Positions 33,143 through 43,319 of a stretch of DNA of 64,000 nucleotides are shown here, one piece after another. This DNA is from Desulfatiglandales bacterium. Lineage in GTDB: Bacteria > Desulfobacterota > DSM-4660 > Desulfatiglandales > Desulfatiglandaceae. The position numbers and the translations under genes are program-made. The stretch covers positions 1,824,001 through 1,888,000 of the forward strand of contig OY762721.1 of the NCBI GenBank assembly GCA_963666345.1. The letters run 5' to 3'. How positions within the stretch are numbered: the first letter of the stretch is position 1; each line of letters begins with the position of its first letter. Below the pieces are notes generated by a model. The model was not told the DNA's origin. It saw only the letters and a list, made by a program, of their open reading frames with translations, and searched no databases.

Positions 33143-36100
33143 TCAGATTTCAGCATCGCACCGGAGACACCTGGACGCCTCGCAAATCGCTGTTTCTTCG
33201 CTATAGCCCAGTTCTACTTCGGCAAAGGTTCTTTTCCTTGCTTCCGGATCCAATTCCGGCATCCCCGCCGGAGGCCTGTCTTCCGTATCTTCCTCGACAA
33301 TAAACGGTATATCTATGACCTGATCGGCAGGGGCCTCATAGAGAGACTCCCCCTTTCTCGCTCTTATGACATCATCCATATCGCAGGCTGCCTGGTGACC
33401 GGCTGCTATTGCTTCTATAACCGTGGCAGGCCCTGTCACGGCATCCCCCCCAGCGAAGAATTTCTCGTTGGAAGTCTGAGTCTTGGATCCTTCTGAAATA
33501 TCAAGATAGGACCATTTATTGACTGAGATACCGCTGTCCTCCCGTATAAATGAGGCATCGGTTACCTGACCTATGGCGGCGATCACGGAATCTGTCTTAA
33601 GTGTAAATTCGGAACCCTCAATCGGGACAGGTCTTTTTCTTCCGCTTGGATCAAAATCGCCCAAAGCCATTCTTTGAACTGATATTTCGCTCACCTTTCC
33701 ATTTGTCCCGACAATCTTTGTGGGTGAGACAAGATACTCAATCCTGATTCCCTCCTCCTCAGCCGCCACGATTTCCGCTTCCTCCGCAGGCATATCCTTC
33801 CTCTCTCTTCTGTAGAGGATAGTTACTTCGGAACCCAGGCGTGCGGCGGTACGTGCGGCATCGATTGCCGAGTTGCCGCCTCCAATGACCGCGACCTTCT
33901 CCCCAAGCTTCTTTTCACCATTCAGCCAGGAGTCGGAGTCACCGTTAAAATCGAGCAGGAATTCGACTCCTCCAAGCACTCCATCCAGGTCTACGCCTTC
34001 GACGTTCATTTTCTGGCTCTTCTGTGCGCCTATGGCCAGGAATATGTACTCAAACTCACTGTCTATCTCCTGGAAAGAAACATCCCTGCCTACCTCTGTG
34101 TTGCACCTTATCTCGACTCCGAAGGATCTGATATCATCGATCTCGGAAGCCAGGATATCCCTTGGGAGCCTGTAAGCCGGGATTCCCCACCTCATCCAGC
34201 CCCCGGGCTCCGAATGGGCCTCAAAGACCACTACCTTGTAACCTCTCTTTGTCAGATCCAGGGCGGCTGTAAGACCCGCAGGCCCCGCTCCGACAACTGC
34301 GATTTTTTCATTCCTTGTCACGGGCACCGGTTCCACGACCGGTCTTGTCGCATTGTCCGTGATGAAACGTTTCAAATTTTTGACGGAAAGCGGACCGTCG
34401 GCCATGGCCCTTCTGCATTTAAGCTGGCATTTATGATCACATACCCTGCCGCAACTGGCAGGAAACGGGTTTGTCCTTAAAAGTATCTTGTATGCATCGT
34501 CGTAACGTTTTGCCCTGACAAGCGCGATATAGGAGGGGATATCCATTCCTGCAGGGCAGGCATGCTGACATGGGGATTTGAACAGGGCCGAACAGACCAC
34601 GGCAGGACAGCGTTTCTCTCTTATATGCGCCTCGTATTCGTCTCTGAAATACCGGATAGTGCTCAGCACCGGGTTCGGGGCCGTCTGCCCGAGCCCGCAC
34701 AGGGCGGAGTCCTTGATGATTTCCCCCATCTCTTCGAGAAGTTCAATATCGCCCTCTTTGCCCCTTCCTTCACATATGTTGTTGAGGATCTCAAGCATCC
34801 TCTTGGTACCTTCGCGACAGGGAGTGCACTTCCCGCACGACTCATCCTGGCAGAAATCCATGAAAAACCGTGCCATGTCTACCGCACACTTATCTTCATT
34901 CATGACTATCAAGCCGCCGGAACCCATTATTGCACCCAGCTTTGCCACGGTTTCGTAATCTACCGCGGCATTGAGGTGCTGAATCGGGATACAGCCTCCC
35001 GAAGGGCCGCCCAGCTGCGCGGCCTTGAATTTTTTGCCATCCGGAATTCCCCCGCCGATATCAAAGACTATTTTTCCGAGAGGCATGCCCATCGGGACCT
35101 CTACAAGTCCGACATTGTGGACATCTCCTGTCAGGGCGAAGACTTTGGTACTCTTGCTCTTCTCGGTCCCTATGCCTGAGAACCACACGCTTCCCTTGTG
35201 TATTATCTGCCCGATGCTTGCGAGGGTCTCGACATTATTCAGGACACTCGGTTTCTGCCATAAACCTGATACCGCCGGGAAGGGAGGTCGGGGCCTGGGC
35301 ACACCCCTTTTGCCCTCTATCGAGGTCATAAGCGCGGTTTCCTCTCCGCACACAAATGCCCCGGCGCCCTGATATATGCTGATATCGAAATCAAACCCCG
35401 TTCCCAGGATATCCTTTCCAAGCAGGCCGTATTCTCTTGCCTGCTTTAAAGCAGTGCTCAAGGTCTTTATTGCCAGAGGGTATTCGGCCCTGCAATAGAT
35501 GTATCCCTTATGAGAACCGATCGCCTTTGCAGCGATAATCATTCCCTCAAGGACTGCGTGAGGATCTCCTTCAAGAACGCTCCTGTCCATATATGCCCCC
35601 GGATCACCCTCATCGGCATTGCAAAGGACATATTTGGCGTCCCCTTTCGATCCGGCGGCGAATTTCCATTTTATGCCGGTAGGGAAGCCGGCGCCCCCTC
35701 TTCCGCGCAGGCCTGCATCAAGCACCTCCTGGCATATCTCTTCGGGGCTCATTTCGGTCAACGCCTTGCCCACGCCCGCATAGCCGTCTCTTGCGATATA
35801 TTCTTCAATCTCTTCCGGATCTATCAATCCTCTGTTTCTCAACACGCGCAGTTCCTGATAGGAAAAAAAGGGGACTTCACCTATGGCCGGAATGCCGTTC
35901 TTGATTCCCGGCGTCGGTTTTCTCCCAAGCAGGTGCTCCGGGAACTGTTCTTTTATCTGCTGCTCTCTTCCTCTTGCCAGAGCAAACTGCGGCTGAACCT
36001 CGCCATCCACAACATGTTTTCTGAATATCTGAGAGATCTTCTCCTCATCAACATATTGGTATATAATCGGTTCCTGATCATAGACTTCAACCGTTACAAG

Positions 36101-36334
36101 CGGTTCTCTCGCGCAAAAACCCATGCATCCCGATTTGGTTACTCTGACATCTGTTGAGCCGGCCCTTTCGATCTCCTCCATGAGTCGTGCGAAGACCTTT
36201 TCCGCGCCGCAGGCGATACCGCATGTTCCCATATGCACGGTAACCCTGACCCTTCTTTCATCAGGTGTCAGGCAGGACTCTGATTGGACTTTTTCCTTTA
36301 TCCTTTTGAAATCATCTGAGTTAATTTTGGGCAT
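33143..36334 (-). CDS. NuoF/HydB-like NADH-FMN subunit fused to an N-terminal thioredoxin-like 2Fe-2S domain and a C-terminal GltD-like FAD/NAD(P)H domain
   Basis: [40 protein letters not shown], then CQHACP, GAGPAG, GGGNSAID, YRR and RCLRC. Confidence 0.92.
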   Translation of the reverse strand: MPKINSDDFKRIKEKVQSESCLTPDERRVRVTVHMGTCGIACGAEKVFARLMEEIERAGSTDVRVTKSGCMGFCAREPLVTVEVYDQEPIIYQYVDEEKISQIFRKHVVDGEVQPQFALARGREQQIKEQFPEHLLGRKPTPGIKNGIPAIGEVPFFSYQELRVLRNRGLIDPEEIEEYIARDGYAGVGKALTEMSPEEICQEVLDAGLRGRGGAGFPTGIKWKFAAGSKGDAKYVLCNADEGDPGAYMDRSVLEGDPHAVLEGMIIAAKAIGSHKGYIYCRAEYPLAIKTLSTALKQAREYGLLGKDILGTGFDFDISIYQGAGAFVCGEETALMTSIEGKRGVPRPRPPFPAVSGLWQKPSVLNNVETLASIGQIIHKGSVWFSGIGTEKSKSTKVFALTGDVHNVGLVEVPMGMPLGKIVFDIGGGIPDGKKFKAAQLGGPSGGCIPIQHLNAAVDYETVAKLGAIMGSGGLIVMNEDKCAVDMARFFMDFCQDESCGKCTPCREGTKRMLEILNNICEGRGKEGDIELLEEMGEIIKDSALCGLGQTAPNPVLSTIRYFRDEYEAHIREKRCPAVVCSALFKSPCQHACPAGMDIPSYIALVRAKRYDDAYKILLRTNPFPASCGRVCDHKCQLKCRRAMADGPLSVKNLKRFITDNATRPVVEPVPVTRNEKIAVVGAGPAGLTAALDLTKRGYKVVVFEAHSEPGGWMRWGIPAYRLPRDILASEIDDIRSFGVEIRCNTEVGRDVSFQEIDSEFEYIFLAIGAQKSQKMNVEGVDLDGVLGGVEFLLDFNGDSDSWLNGEKKLGEKVAVIGGGNSAIDAARTAARLGSEVTILYRRERKDMPAEEAEIVAAEEEGIRIEYLVSPTKIVGTNGKVSEISVQRMALGDFDPSGRKRPVPIEGSEFTLKTDSVIAAIGQVTDASFIREDSGISVNKWSYLDISEGSKTQTSNEKFFAGGDAVTGPATVIEAIAAGHQAACDMDDVIRARKGESLYEAPADQVIDIPFIVEEDTEDRPPAGMPELDPEARKRTFAEVELGYSEETAICEASRCLRCDAEI

Positions 36335-36460
36335 AACGATTTCTCTCCCATATTTTTCAGTCGCATTTAATCGCTTTCCTTATCCCACACAAGCCGAATA
36401 TGACATCTCTTTAGGAAAGCAGCCTTTTCAGGCCCGTTAAAGAGATCCTCTGATCTGTCT

Positions 36461-36955
36461 TCAATTGTATTGCTTAAGGATATCCTTAACCTTTGTCGGT
36501 TTGACCCTTCCATGAACATCATCATCGATTACAACAACGGGGCCCAGGCCGCATGCCCCCAGGCATCTTACGGTCTCAAAGGTAAACATGCGATCTTCAG
36601 TGGTTTCACCCTCTTCAACCCCAAACTCCTTTTTTATAATATCCGCTATACGCTTTCCGCCACGGACATAGCATGCCGTGCCAAGGCATACCCTGACCGT
36701 ATGCTTACCCTTTGGTACCATAGTGAAAAAGGAATAAAATGTCGCGACCCCGTATACAAGGCTGATCGGAAGGCTCAGGCCCTGGGCGATCCTTGAAAGT
36801 ACCGCCTCCGGAAGAAATCCCAGGGCCACCTGAGCCTCTTCCATTACAGGAATCAATGAACCAGGCTCTTCTTTCCTGCTTTCGATAATCTGATCCAATT
36901 CGTTTAGCTGTTCAGCCGAAAACTCATTTAAAATTTCATCATACTCAGCATCCAT
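36461..36955 (-). CDS. NuoE/HydC-like 2Fe-2S subunit
   Basis: VATFYSFF, CLGTACYVRG and CLGACGLGP. Start set at ATG 36955 behind AGGAGG. Confidence 0.93.
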   Translation of the reverse strand: MDAEYDEILNEFSAEQLNELDQIIESRKEEPGSLIPVMEEAQVALGFLPEAVLSRIAQGLSLPISLVYGVATFYSFFTMVPKGKHTVRVCLGTACYVRGGKRIADIIKKEFGVEEGETTEDRMFTFETVRCLGACGLGPVVVIDDDVHGRVKPTKVKDILKQYN

Positions 36956-37175
36956 GCATTCACACCTCCTCACTAATTATAATGGGACTTAAGGATACAA
37001 ACCGGAATCATAAAATTTTTCGATGCCATTCTTTTCTACCGGATCGAACTTTAATCAGATAGCTGCCGAAACGTCAAGGAACAAAACCGTAAACGATCTG
37101 ACCTATGCAAACAAACTATAGGTAATTAGCATTTTTCAAAAATGAGATATCGCACTCCTCACTGATTTTTATTAA

Positions 37176-37191
37176 GGCAATGACCGTGCCA
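37176..37191 (-). promoter_or_regulatory. sigma-54 promoter of fdh operon 1
   Basis: Minus strand TGGCACGGTCATTGCC. An IHF-like TTTCAAGTAGTTA lies at 37220-37232. Confidence 0.85.
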
Positions 37192-37289
37192 GCAAACCTG
37201 GCTATTTTCTGATATTTGTTAACTACTTGAAAATCTTTTTATTATAGACGGGGAGGGGGTTGCGGGAGATAAAACAAGCCGCATATGGG

Positions 37290-37326
37290 TGTCAAAAATT
37301 TTTACTACATGTAAATATTATTTCAA
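37290..37326. promoter_or_regulatory. tandem putative activator binding sites
   Basis: TGTCAAAAATTTTTACT and TGTAAATATTATTTCAA, about 108 bp upstream of the -24 box. Confidence 0.55.
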
Positions 37327-38158
37327 TTTATAAGTAAGATATCTCAACATATATAATTATTTCAAACTACTAATACTGTTTTTGAAGGGATTTAGCCCCA
37401 AGATATTAACCCGATTTTCATTTAAAATAAAATCGTCCGGAAACATTTCAAAGTTATCATAAGGGGGCCGGCACCCGGGGCGGCCGGACATGCACATAAT
37501 AATATCGTCGGCTTAATTCAACATAGATATCATGGACATGAATTCCTTAAACCTGGCTTGAATTCAGAAAAACAAATCGTGTCTTTAAATTCAATCGGCC
37601 CGGATAACCACCGCAACGATAGCAATCTCCTCTTGAATCATGCTCTTGAGTTATTTCCTTGAGTGTCCATTTATTTTACACAGCCGCCAGGCAGGAAAAA
37701 AGGCATCAAGCCGTTTGCATACAGAAAGACCCCGTTTTCGCAATCCCGCCGTAAATCAGGGAATTCGAGTGGAAGCGCTACAGACTGCGTCGCCTTGTCC
37801 AATTGCCCCTCTGCATCCGGAACCCTCAGGGCCGAAAAATCAATAAGCCGGAGACTTGCCCAAGGCGGAGGGATTTTCCCCGGTCCCCTGACATGTCCAT
37901 CCTGAATAAAAACATTTGGGCGTCATCGGTTAAGGTATCTTGAAATTAATTTATATTTGCCTGGAACTGAAACGGGAATCTGTTTTATACTTTAATAATA
38001 TGTGGTATATAATTTGTTTAATTCTACTAACCTCGGTAAATTCGTAAAAGGACGGCACAGTGAAAAGCTACTCCGCCAGGGAGGGACAAATCTTGAAGGC
38101 TGATGTGTACCTATCCCGCAACCGGCTGGAGAGTAACAGCGAAAAATAAGGCATAAAC

Positions 38159-40024
38159 ATGTCCCATTCCATTAAAACCAGGATTATAGCGGGGTTTTTG
38201 GGGATTTTTCTTTTATCAGGACTCACCTGCACGGCTATAGGATCAAGACTTTGTTATAAATCGCTCCATAGAGAAACAGCGAGAAGGTTGAAATCAGAAC
38301 TCGATAAGGCGGTGTTACTCTTTCAAAACAAGGCAGGAGAAATTGAGAACGCACTTACTCTTACGGTCCTCAAAGAAAATCTTTCTTCGGCCCTTGAGGA
38401 CGAGGATTTTCCCCGCCTCGGTCGACTGCTGACCATAATGGATCAAGACCCCGGCATCGACTTTGCGGGCATTTCAGACGGGCGGGGGAAAGTAATATTG
38501 AGGACGGGAACTGTCGACTTTAAACTGCCGGGGGTGGCTATTGGAATGAAAAGGCCCCTGTCGGGTTTAATTGCTGTAAGTATACCCCTCACTGAAAAAA
38601 AGACTCCCGGAGGCAAGATCGTTGAAAAACGGTTTGACGCAACGCGCGATAAGGAGCTTTTGGCCATTGCAGCCGCCATCCCCCTGTTTTCCGGTAAGAA
38701 AGTCATCGGGGCGATCCACGCAGGTTTGATACTGGACAAAAACCTGACCTTTGTTGATTACCTCAGAAAGAATCTTTATTCGAAACAGAGGACCGGAACC
38801 GAAGGGGCGGAAATAATTTCCATCTTCTTTGGAGATGACTGTATAGCAACAAATATAGACCCACAGATGCAAGACGGGATTAATAACAGGATCTTAAAGA
38901 AAATCAGGGAAACCTTTTTATTGAAAGAACAAAACGGCCCAGGCCCCCCCCTTGTAAATGAGAGCGGATACATTGGGAAATTCGTTTCGATTAACGACAT
39001 CTTTGATAAAAGGATCGGCATTCTCGGTTTATCAATACCTGAGCCGCACTACTTTGATATGATGGTGAAAGGAGATCTTTTCTTACTTGTTATTATAACC
39101 CTCTTTTGTATCATTTTAGTGACAGGACTGGGCTATTTCATGGCACAGAGGATTCTTAACCCTGTAAGGTCACTTATTAAGACCACCCGGCAGGTCAAGG
39201 AAGGCAACCTTACTCCTGATATCGGATCTGTTTCAAAAGACGAACTGGGCCTGCTGCAGAAAAACTTCTCGGAAATCATCGGAACAATGGAAAGAAAGAT
39301 AGCAGAGAGCAATAATGCCCTCTTCCAGACGGAAAAACAGGCAAGCATAGGGAGGCTTGCCGCAGGAATCGCCCATGAGGTCAACAACCCCCTTACAGGT
39401 GTCTTAACCTTCAGCCACATGCTGCTGAAGCGCAAGGACCTCGCAGAGGATATCCGTTCCGACCTTCAGATTATAGCTGATTCCACTGAAAGGGTAAGAA
39501 AGATAGTAAAGGGACTCCTCGATTTCTCCAGACAGACCATGCTGGACAAGGAACCTACAGACTTAAACAGCCTTCTTGTCTTGACAATTCCGCTCATAAA
39601 AAACCAGGCATTTGTAAAAGGAATCGACGTCAAATTCTGCCCCGAAGCGGGCATTCCTCTCATTACACTGGACCGGAGCCAGTTCCAGAGCGCCATCCTC
39701 AATATCCTGATAAACGCCCTTGATGCAACCGAGTCAGGAGGAGAAATTCACATAACGACAGGGTTATGCCATCTGGATTCCACCGGGCGCGATGAGGCTG
39801 AAATCATTATCACAGACACAGGCTGCGGCATCCCACCGGAGAATATCGGCAGGCTCTTTGATCCCTTTTTTACAACCAAGGCCGTTGGTCATGGTACTGG
39901 ATTGGGGCTGTCTGTTTCTTACGGGATCGCCGAAAGACATGGCGGCAACATAATGGTTGAGAGTATAGTCGGAAAGGGGAGTACTTTTATTATAACCGTA
40001 CCGATAGATGACAAGAAACAGTAA
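38159..40024 (+). CDS. sensor histidine kinase (Cache-like plus HAMP)
   Basis: 2 TM segments, HAMP, AHEVNNPL, DTGCGI and GTGLGL. Confidence 0.93.
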   Translation: MSHSIKTRIIAGFLGIFLLSGLTCTAIGSRLCYKSLHRETARRLKSELDKAVLLFQNKAGEIENALTLTVLKENLSSALEDEDFPRLGRLLTIMDQDPGIDFAGISDGRGKVILRTGTVDFKLPGVAIGMKRPLSGLIAVSIPLTEKKTPGGKIVEKRFDATRDKELLAIAAAIPLFSGKKVIGAIHAGLILDKNLTFVDYLRKNLYSKQRTGTEGAEIISIFFGDDCIATNIDPQMQDGINNRILKKIRETFLLKEQNGPGPPLVNESGYIGKFVSINDIFDKRIGILGLSIPEPHYFDMMVKGDLFLLVIITLFCIILVTGLGYFMAQRILNPVRSLIKTTRQVKEGNLTPDIGSVSKDELGLLQKNFSEIIGTMERKIAESNNALFQTEKQASIGRLAAGIAHEVNNPLTGVLTFSHMLLKRKDLAEDIRSDLQIIADSTERVRKIVKGLLDFSRQTMLDKEPTDLNSLLVLTIPLIKNQAFVKGIDVKFCPEAGIPLITLDRSQFQSAILNILINALDATESGGEIHITTGLCHLDSTGRDEAEIIITDTGCGIPPENIGRLFDPFFTTKAVGHGTGLGLSVSYGIAERHGGNIMVESIVGKGSTFIITVPIDDKKQ

Positions 40025-40096
40025 CTGAAACTTTGACCTTTACTCCTGAGGAGTTACCGAGAACATTCAGCCGGCATATTTAAATGGAGGACACAG

Positions 40097-40726
40097 ATGG
40101 AGACCATAAAGGCACTTGTAATTGACGACGAACAGATCGTGCTTGACAGCGTAAAGAGGATACTTACGACAGAGGCGAATTATGAAGTGGATACCTCGCT
40201 AAGCGGCAGGCAGGGCCTTGAAAAGGCGATCCAGGAATCATACGACATAGTTCTAACAGACATACGGATGCCCGACATAGGGGGGATGCGGGTCTTGAGG
40301 GATGTGAAAAGGGCCAAACCGGCCCTTCCAGTTGTTATTATCACAGGCTATGCCACGGTAAAGGGTGCTGTCCAGGCGATGAAACTGGGTGCCACGGATT
40401 ATGTTGAAAAGCCCTTTACTCCTGATGAACTGGTTCAGGCCTTATCCTCCGCACTTGACATGGCTGCATCCCAGGAGCCTGAAGAACAGGCCTTGATCCA
40501 CAAGGATGAAATCATAAAGGTCCTCGAAAGGGCCGAATCGGACAGTCAATTCATCGCAAATCTGCTTTATCACGGGGCAGAAGCTCTCGAGGAATATGGG
40601 CTTACAGGCCCTGAGAAACTTGCCCTTCTTACCGGTGACATCGACTGGATTGAAAAACAGATAGGACCTCTTGCAAAGGGTCAGAGAAAATGGCTGGAGC
40701 AACGCCTTTCCGCTGAGATCTGGTAA
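40097..40726 (+). CDS. response regulator with an atypical helical C-terminal domain
   Basis: Receiver (VIDDE, TDIRMP, EKPF) plus about 80 aa of non-HTH tail. Confidence 0.9.
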   Translation: METIKALVIDDEQIVLDSVKRILTTEANYEVDTSLSGRQGLEKAIQESYDIVLTDIRMPDIGGMRVLRDVKRAKPALPVVIITGYATVKGAVQAMKLGATDYVEKPFTPDELVQALSSALDMAASQEPEEQALIHKDEIIKVLERAESDSQFIANLLYHGAEALEEYGLTGPEKLALLTGDIDWIEKQIGPLAKGQRKWLEQRLSAEIW

Positions 40727-40741
40727 ATCGTATCAAGGCTC

Positions 40742-40764
40742 CGGGCGGGATTAAACCCCGCCGG
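40742..40764. terminator. GC-rich hairpin between convergent genes
   Basis: GGCGGG-ATTAAAC-CCCGCC. Confidence 0.5.
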
Positions 40765-40780
40765 CGCTCCAAAAGGTCTT

Positions 40781-42316
40781 CTAAAAAATCGCGTCTGACG
40801 GGCAGTTGGTTATGCATGTCATACATTTTATGCACTTATGTGTGTCGATAAATGCGGGCTCCTTTTTTTCCCATTCAATCGCCCCTACCGGACACCGTTT
40901 TTTGCAGAGCCCGCAGCTGATGCATTTTTCTTCATCCACTTCAAATTTAAGAAGGGCTGCGCAGCGTTTGGCGGGACAGCGTTTCTCATAGATGTGCGCC
41001 TCATATTCATCCCTGAAATACTGAAGAGTGGAAAGGACGGGATTAGGTCCTGTCTGGCCCAGACCGCAAAGGGCACCATCCTTTATTACCTCACTCAGTT
41101 CCTCGAGCAGATCGATATCGCCCGGTTCTCCCCGGCCTTTTGTTATCTTCTCAAGGATCTGCAACATCCGCATGGTTCCTTCACGACAGGGGGTGCATTT
41201 TCCACAGGACTCATCCTGAATAAAATCCATAAAAAATCTCGCCATGTCGACCATGCAGGTATGTTCATCCATGACTATCATTCCGCCTGAGCCCATTATG
41301 GCCCCCACCTTTGCAATCGACTCGTAATCAACCGGGGTATCGAGATAGGCCTCAGGCACACACCCCCCTGAAGGCCCGCCCAGCTGAACGGCCTTGAACT
41401 TTCTCTTTTTGGGTATGCCGCCGCCCACATCGAATATGATGGTCCTCAAAGTCGTACCCATGGGTACTTCCACGAGACCTATATTTTTTACGTCACCTGT
41501 AAGGGCGAAGACCTTTGTACCTTTGCTCGTCTCAGTTCCGATTCCTGAATACCACTTTCCACCCTTGAAAATTATCCGTGCCACATTCGCATAGGTCTCT
41601 ACATTGTTGAGCACTGTGGGCCTTTTCCAGAGTCCCTGTTGAGCGGGGAAAGGGGGCCTCGGCCTCGGCATGCCCCGCTTTCCTTCAATCGAGTGCATCA
41701 AGGCGGTTTCCTCTCCACACACAAAGGCCCCCGCACCTTGATAAATCTCAAGATCAAAGTCAAAACAGGTCCCGAAGATATCCTTTCCAAGAAGCCCGTA
41801 ATCACGTGCCTGCGATATCGCGATATTGAGTCTCTTAATTGCAAGGGGATATTCAGCCCTGCAGTATATATAGCCCTGAGCCGCGCCTATGGCCCTGGCG
41901 GCGATTATCATCCCCTCGATGACCGCATGGGGATCCGCCTCAAGCACGCTTCTGTCCATAAAGGCACCCGGGTCCCCCTCATCCGCGTTACAGAGCACAT
42001 ATTTGATCTCGCCTTTGGCCTTCTGCGCAAACTCCCATTTGGTTCCCGTCGGAAATCCCGCCCCCCCCCTTCCTCTTAAGCCTGACACCTTCATTTCTGA
42101 TACGATCCCCTCGGGAGTCATATCGATCAGGGCCTTGGCCGCCGCCCTGTATCCGTCTCTGGCCACGTAGGCATCAATCGATTCAGGATCGATGCCCTTG
42201 TTTTTAAGAACAATGAGCTTCTGGTGGCTGAAAAAGGGGACATCTTCCAGATAGGGAACGACCTTCTTTTTGGTCCTGTTTTCCTTCTTCTCTGCTTTGG
42301 GAGGCTTATCAGGCAT
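40781..42316 (-). CDS. NuoF/HydB-like NADH-FMN subunit with C-terminal 2x[4Fe-4S]
   Basis: [40 protein letters not shown] and CIKCMTC..CP. ATG 42316 behind AAGGAG. Confidence 0.93.
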   Translation of the reverse strand: MPDKPPKAEKKENRTKKKVVPYLEDVPFFSHQKLIVLKNKGIDPESIDAYVARDGYRAAAKALIDMTPEGIVSEMKVSGLRGRGGAGFPTGTKWEFAQKAKGEIKYVLCNADEGDPGAFMDRSVLEADPHAVIEGMIIAARAIGAAQGYIYCRAEYPLAIKRLNIAISQARDYGLLGKDIFGTCFDFDLEIYQGAGAFVCGEETALMHSIEGKRGMPRPRPPFPAQQGLWKRPTVLNNVETYANVARIIFKGGKWYSGIGTETSKGTKVFALTGDVKNIGLVEVPMGTTLRTIIFDVGGGIPKKRKFKAVQLGGPSGGCVPEAYLDTPVDYESIAKVGAIMGSGGMIVMDEHTCMVDMARFFMDFIQDESCGKCTPCREGTMRMLQILEKITKGRGEPGDIDLLEELSEVIKDGALCGLGQTGPNPVLSTLQYFRDEYEAHIYEKRCPAKRCAALLKFEVDEEKCISCGLCKKRCPVGAIEWEKKEPAFIDTHKCIKCMTCITNCPSDAIF

Positions 42317-42713
42317 AATGATCTTCTCCTTCTTGATCACTCTGTTTTATCCTGGCTAAGGCATGGGAGGTCTGGATTTCTCCATTCATGACATGGCCCT
42401 CGAATATCTTGCGCATCTTCTTTGCGTTCACGTCACGGTAAAGGACCGCGTCTTCATTGATAATCTTCACCGTAATATTAGGCTCACTGCTGCACATGCC
42501 CGCGCACCCTGAAACCAACACCTCTATGTCATCTCTGCCTGAGGATGCAATCTCATGCTTAAGTGCCTCGTATACCGCGTCTCCCCCGGCGGCGATACCG
42601 CAGGTACCCAGATGGACGGTTATCCTCACCCTTTTGCCACCTTCCTTCAGAGATCCTTCCGCTAAAACCCTTTTCCGGATTTTTTCGAGATCTTCCGGCA
42701 TAAACCCCGCCAT
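42309..42713 (-). CDS. thioredoxin-like (2Fe-2S) ferredoxin subunit (HndB/HydD-like)
   Basis: [10 protein letters not shown] and [11 protein letters not shown]. Homologous to the N-terminus of 33143-36334. Confidence 0.88.
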   Translation of the reverse strand: MAGFMPEDLEKIRKRVLAEGSLKEGGKRVRITVHLGTCGIAAGGDAVYEALKHEIASSGRDDIEVLVSGCAGMCSSEPNITVKIINEDAVLYRDVNAKKMRKIFEGHVMNGEIQTSHALARIKQSDQEGEDHYA

Positions 42714-42739
42714 ATTTGACTCCTTATAGGAATTTTATT

Positions 42740-43240
42740 CTATTTATAACTATCGATAATCTTTAAGGCGCTTTCAGGCGTAACCCCCCCATGAGTGTCC
42801 TCATCCACAACCAATACCGGAGCCAGACCGCACGCCCCCAGACACCTGACCGCCTCGAGTGAAAACCGCCTGTCCTCCGTGGTTGAACCCACTTCCAGTC
42901 CATATGAGGCCTTTAGGCGATTTATAACCTCCGCTATACCCCGAACGTAACATGCCGTGCCCATACAGACCTTTATGACATGTCTGCCCTTTGGTATCAT
43001 CGAAAAGAATGAGTAAAAGGTGACCACCCCATATACCGTACTTCCCGGGATATTCAATCCATAGCCGATATAATCCTGCAGTTCCCTGGGAAGATAGCCT
43101 ACGATACCCTGACATTCGGCAAGCGCAGGTATCAGTGCCCCGGCCCTGCCTTCATAGCGCCCCAGGATCTCATCAACCCTATCGATCACCTCGGGTGTGA
43201 GATCATTGTTCTTAACTCCAATATTTCGGAATTGATGCAT
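42740..43240 (-). CDS. NuoE/HydC-like 2Fe-2S subunit
   Basis: VVTFYSFF, CMGTACYVRG and CLGACGLAP. Start trimmed to ATG 43240 behind AAGGAG. Confidence 0.92.
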   Translation of the reverse strand: MHQFRNIGVKNNDLTPEVIDRVDEILGRYEGRAGALIPALAECQGIVGYLPRELQDYIGYGLNIPGSTVYGVVTFYSFFSMIPKGRHVIKVCMGTACYVRGIAEVINRLKASYGLEVGSTTEDRRFSLEAVRCLGACGLAPVLVVDEDTHGGVTPESALKIIDSYK

Positions 43241-43319
43241 AATTTGAACTCCTTGACTAATTGCCGATTCAGATATTAGACACTGGCCGGCCGGATAAGC
43301 ACCGGGCGGCTCTTCCTCC

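Noticed and set aside
37755..37860. Cobalamin riboswitch (AGGGAA ... AAGCCGGAGACTTGCC)
   Set aside because: It lacks the CCCGCnACTGT, GCCACTG and GGGAAG core elements, and no B12-related gene follows.
37640..37905. Short ORFs in the divergent region between nuoE and the HK
   Set aside because: No RBS or motif, and the overlapping frames are of similar weak quality.
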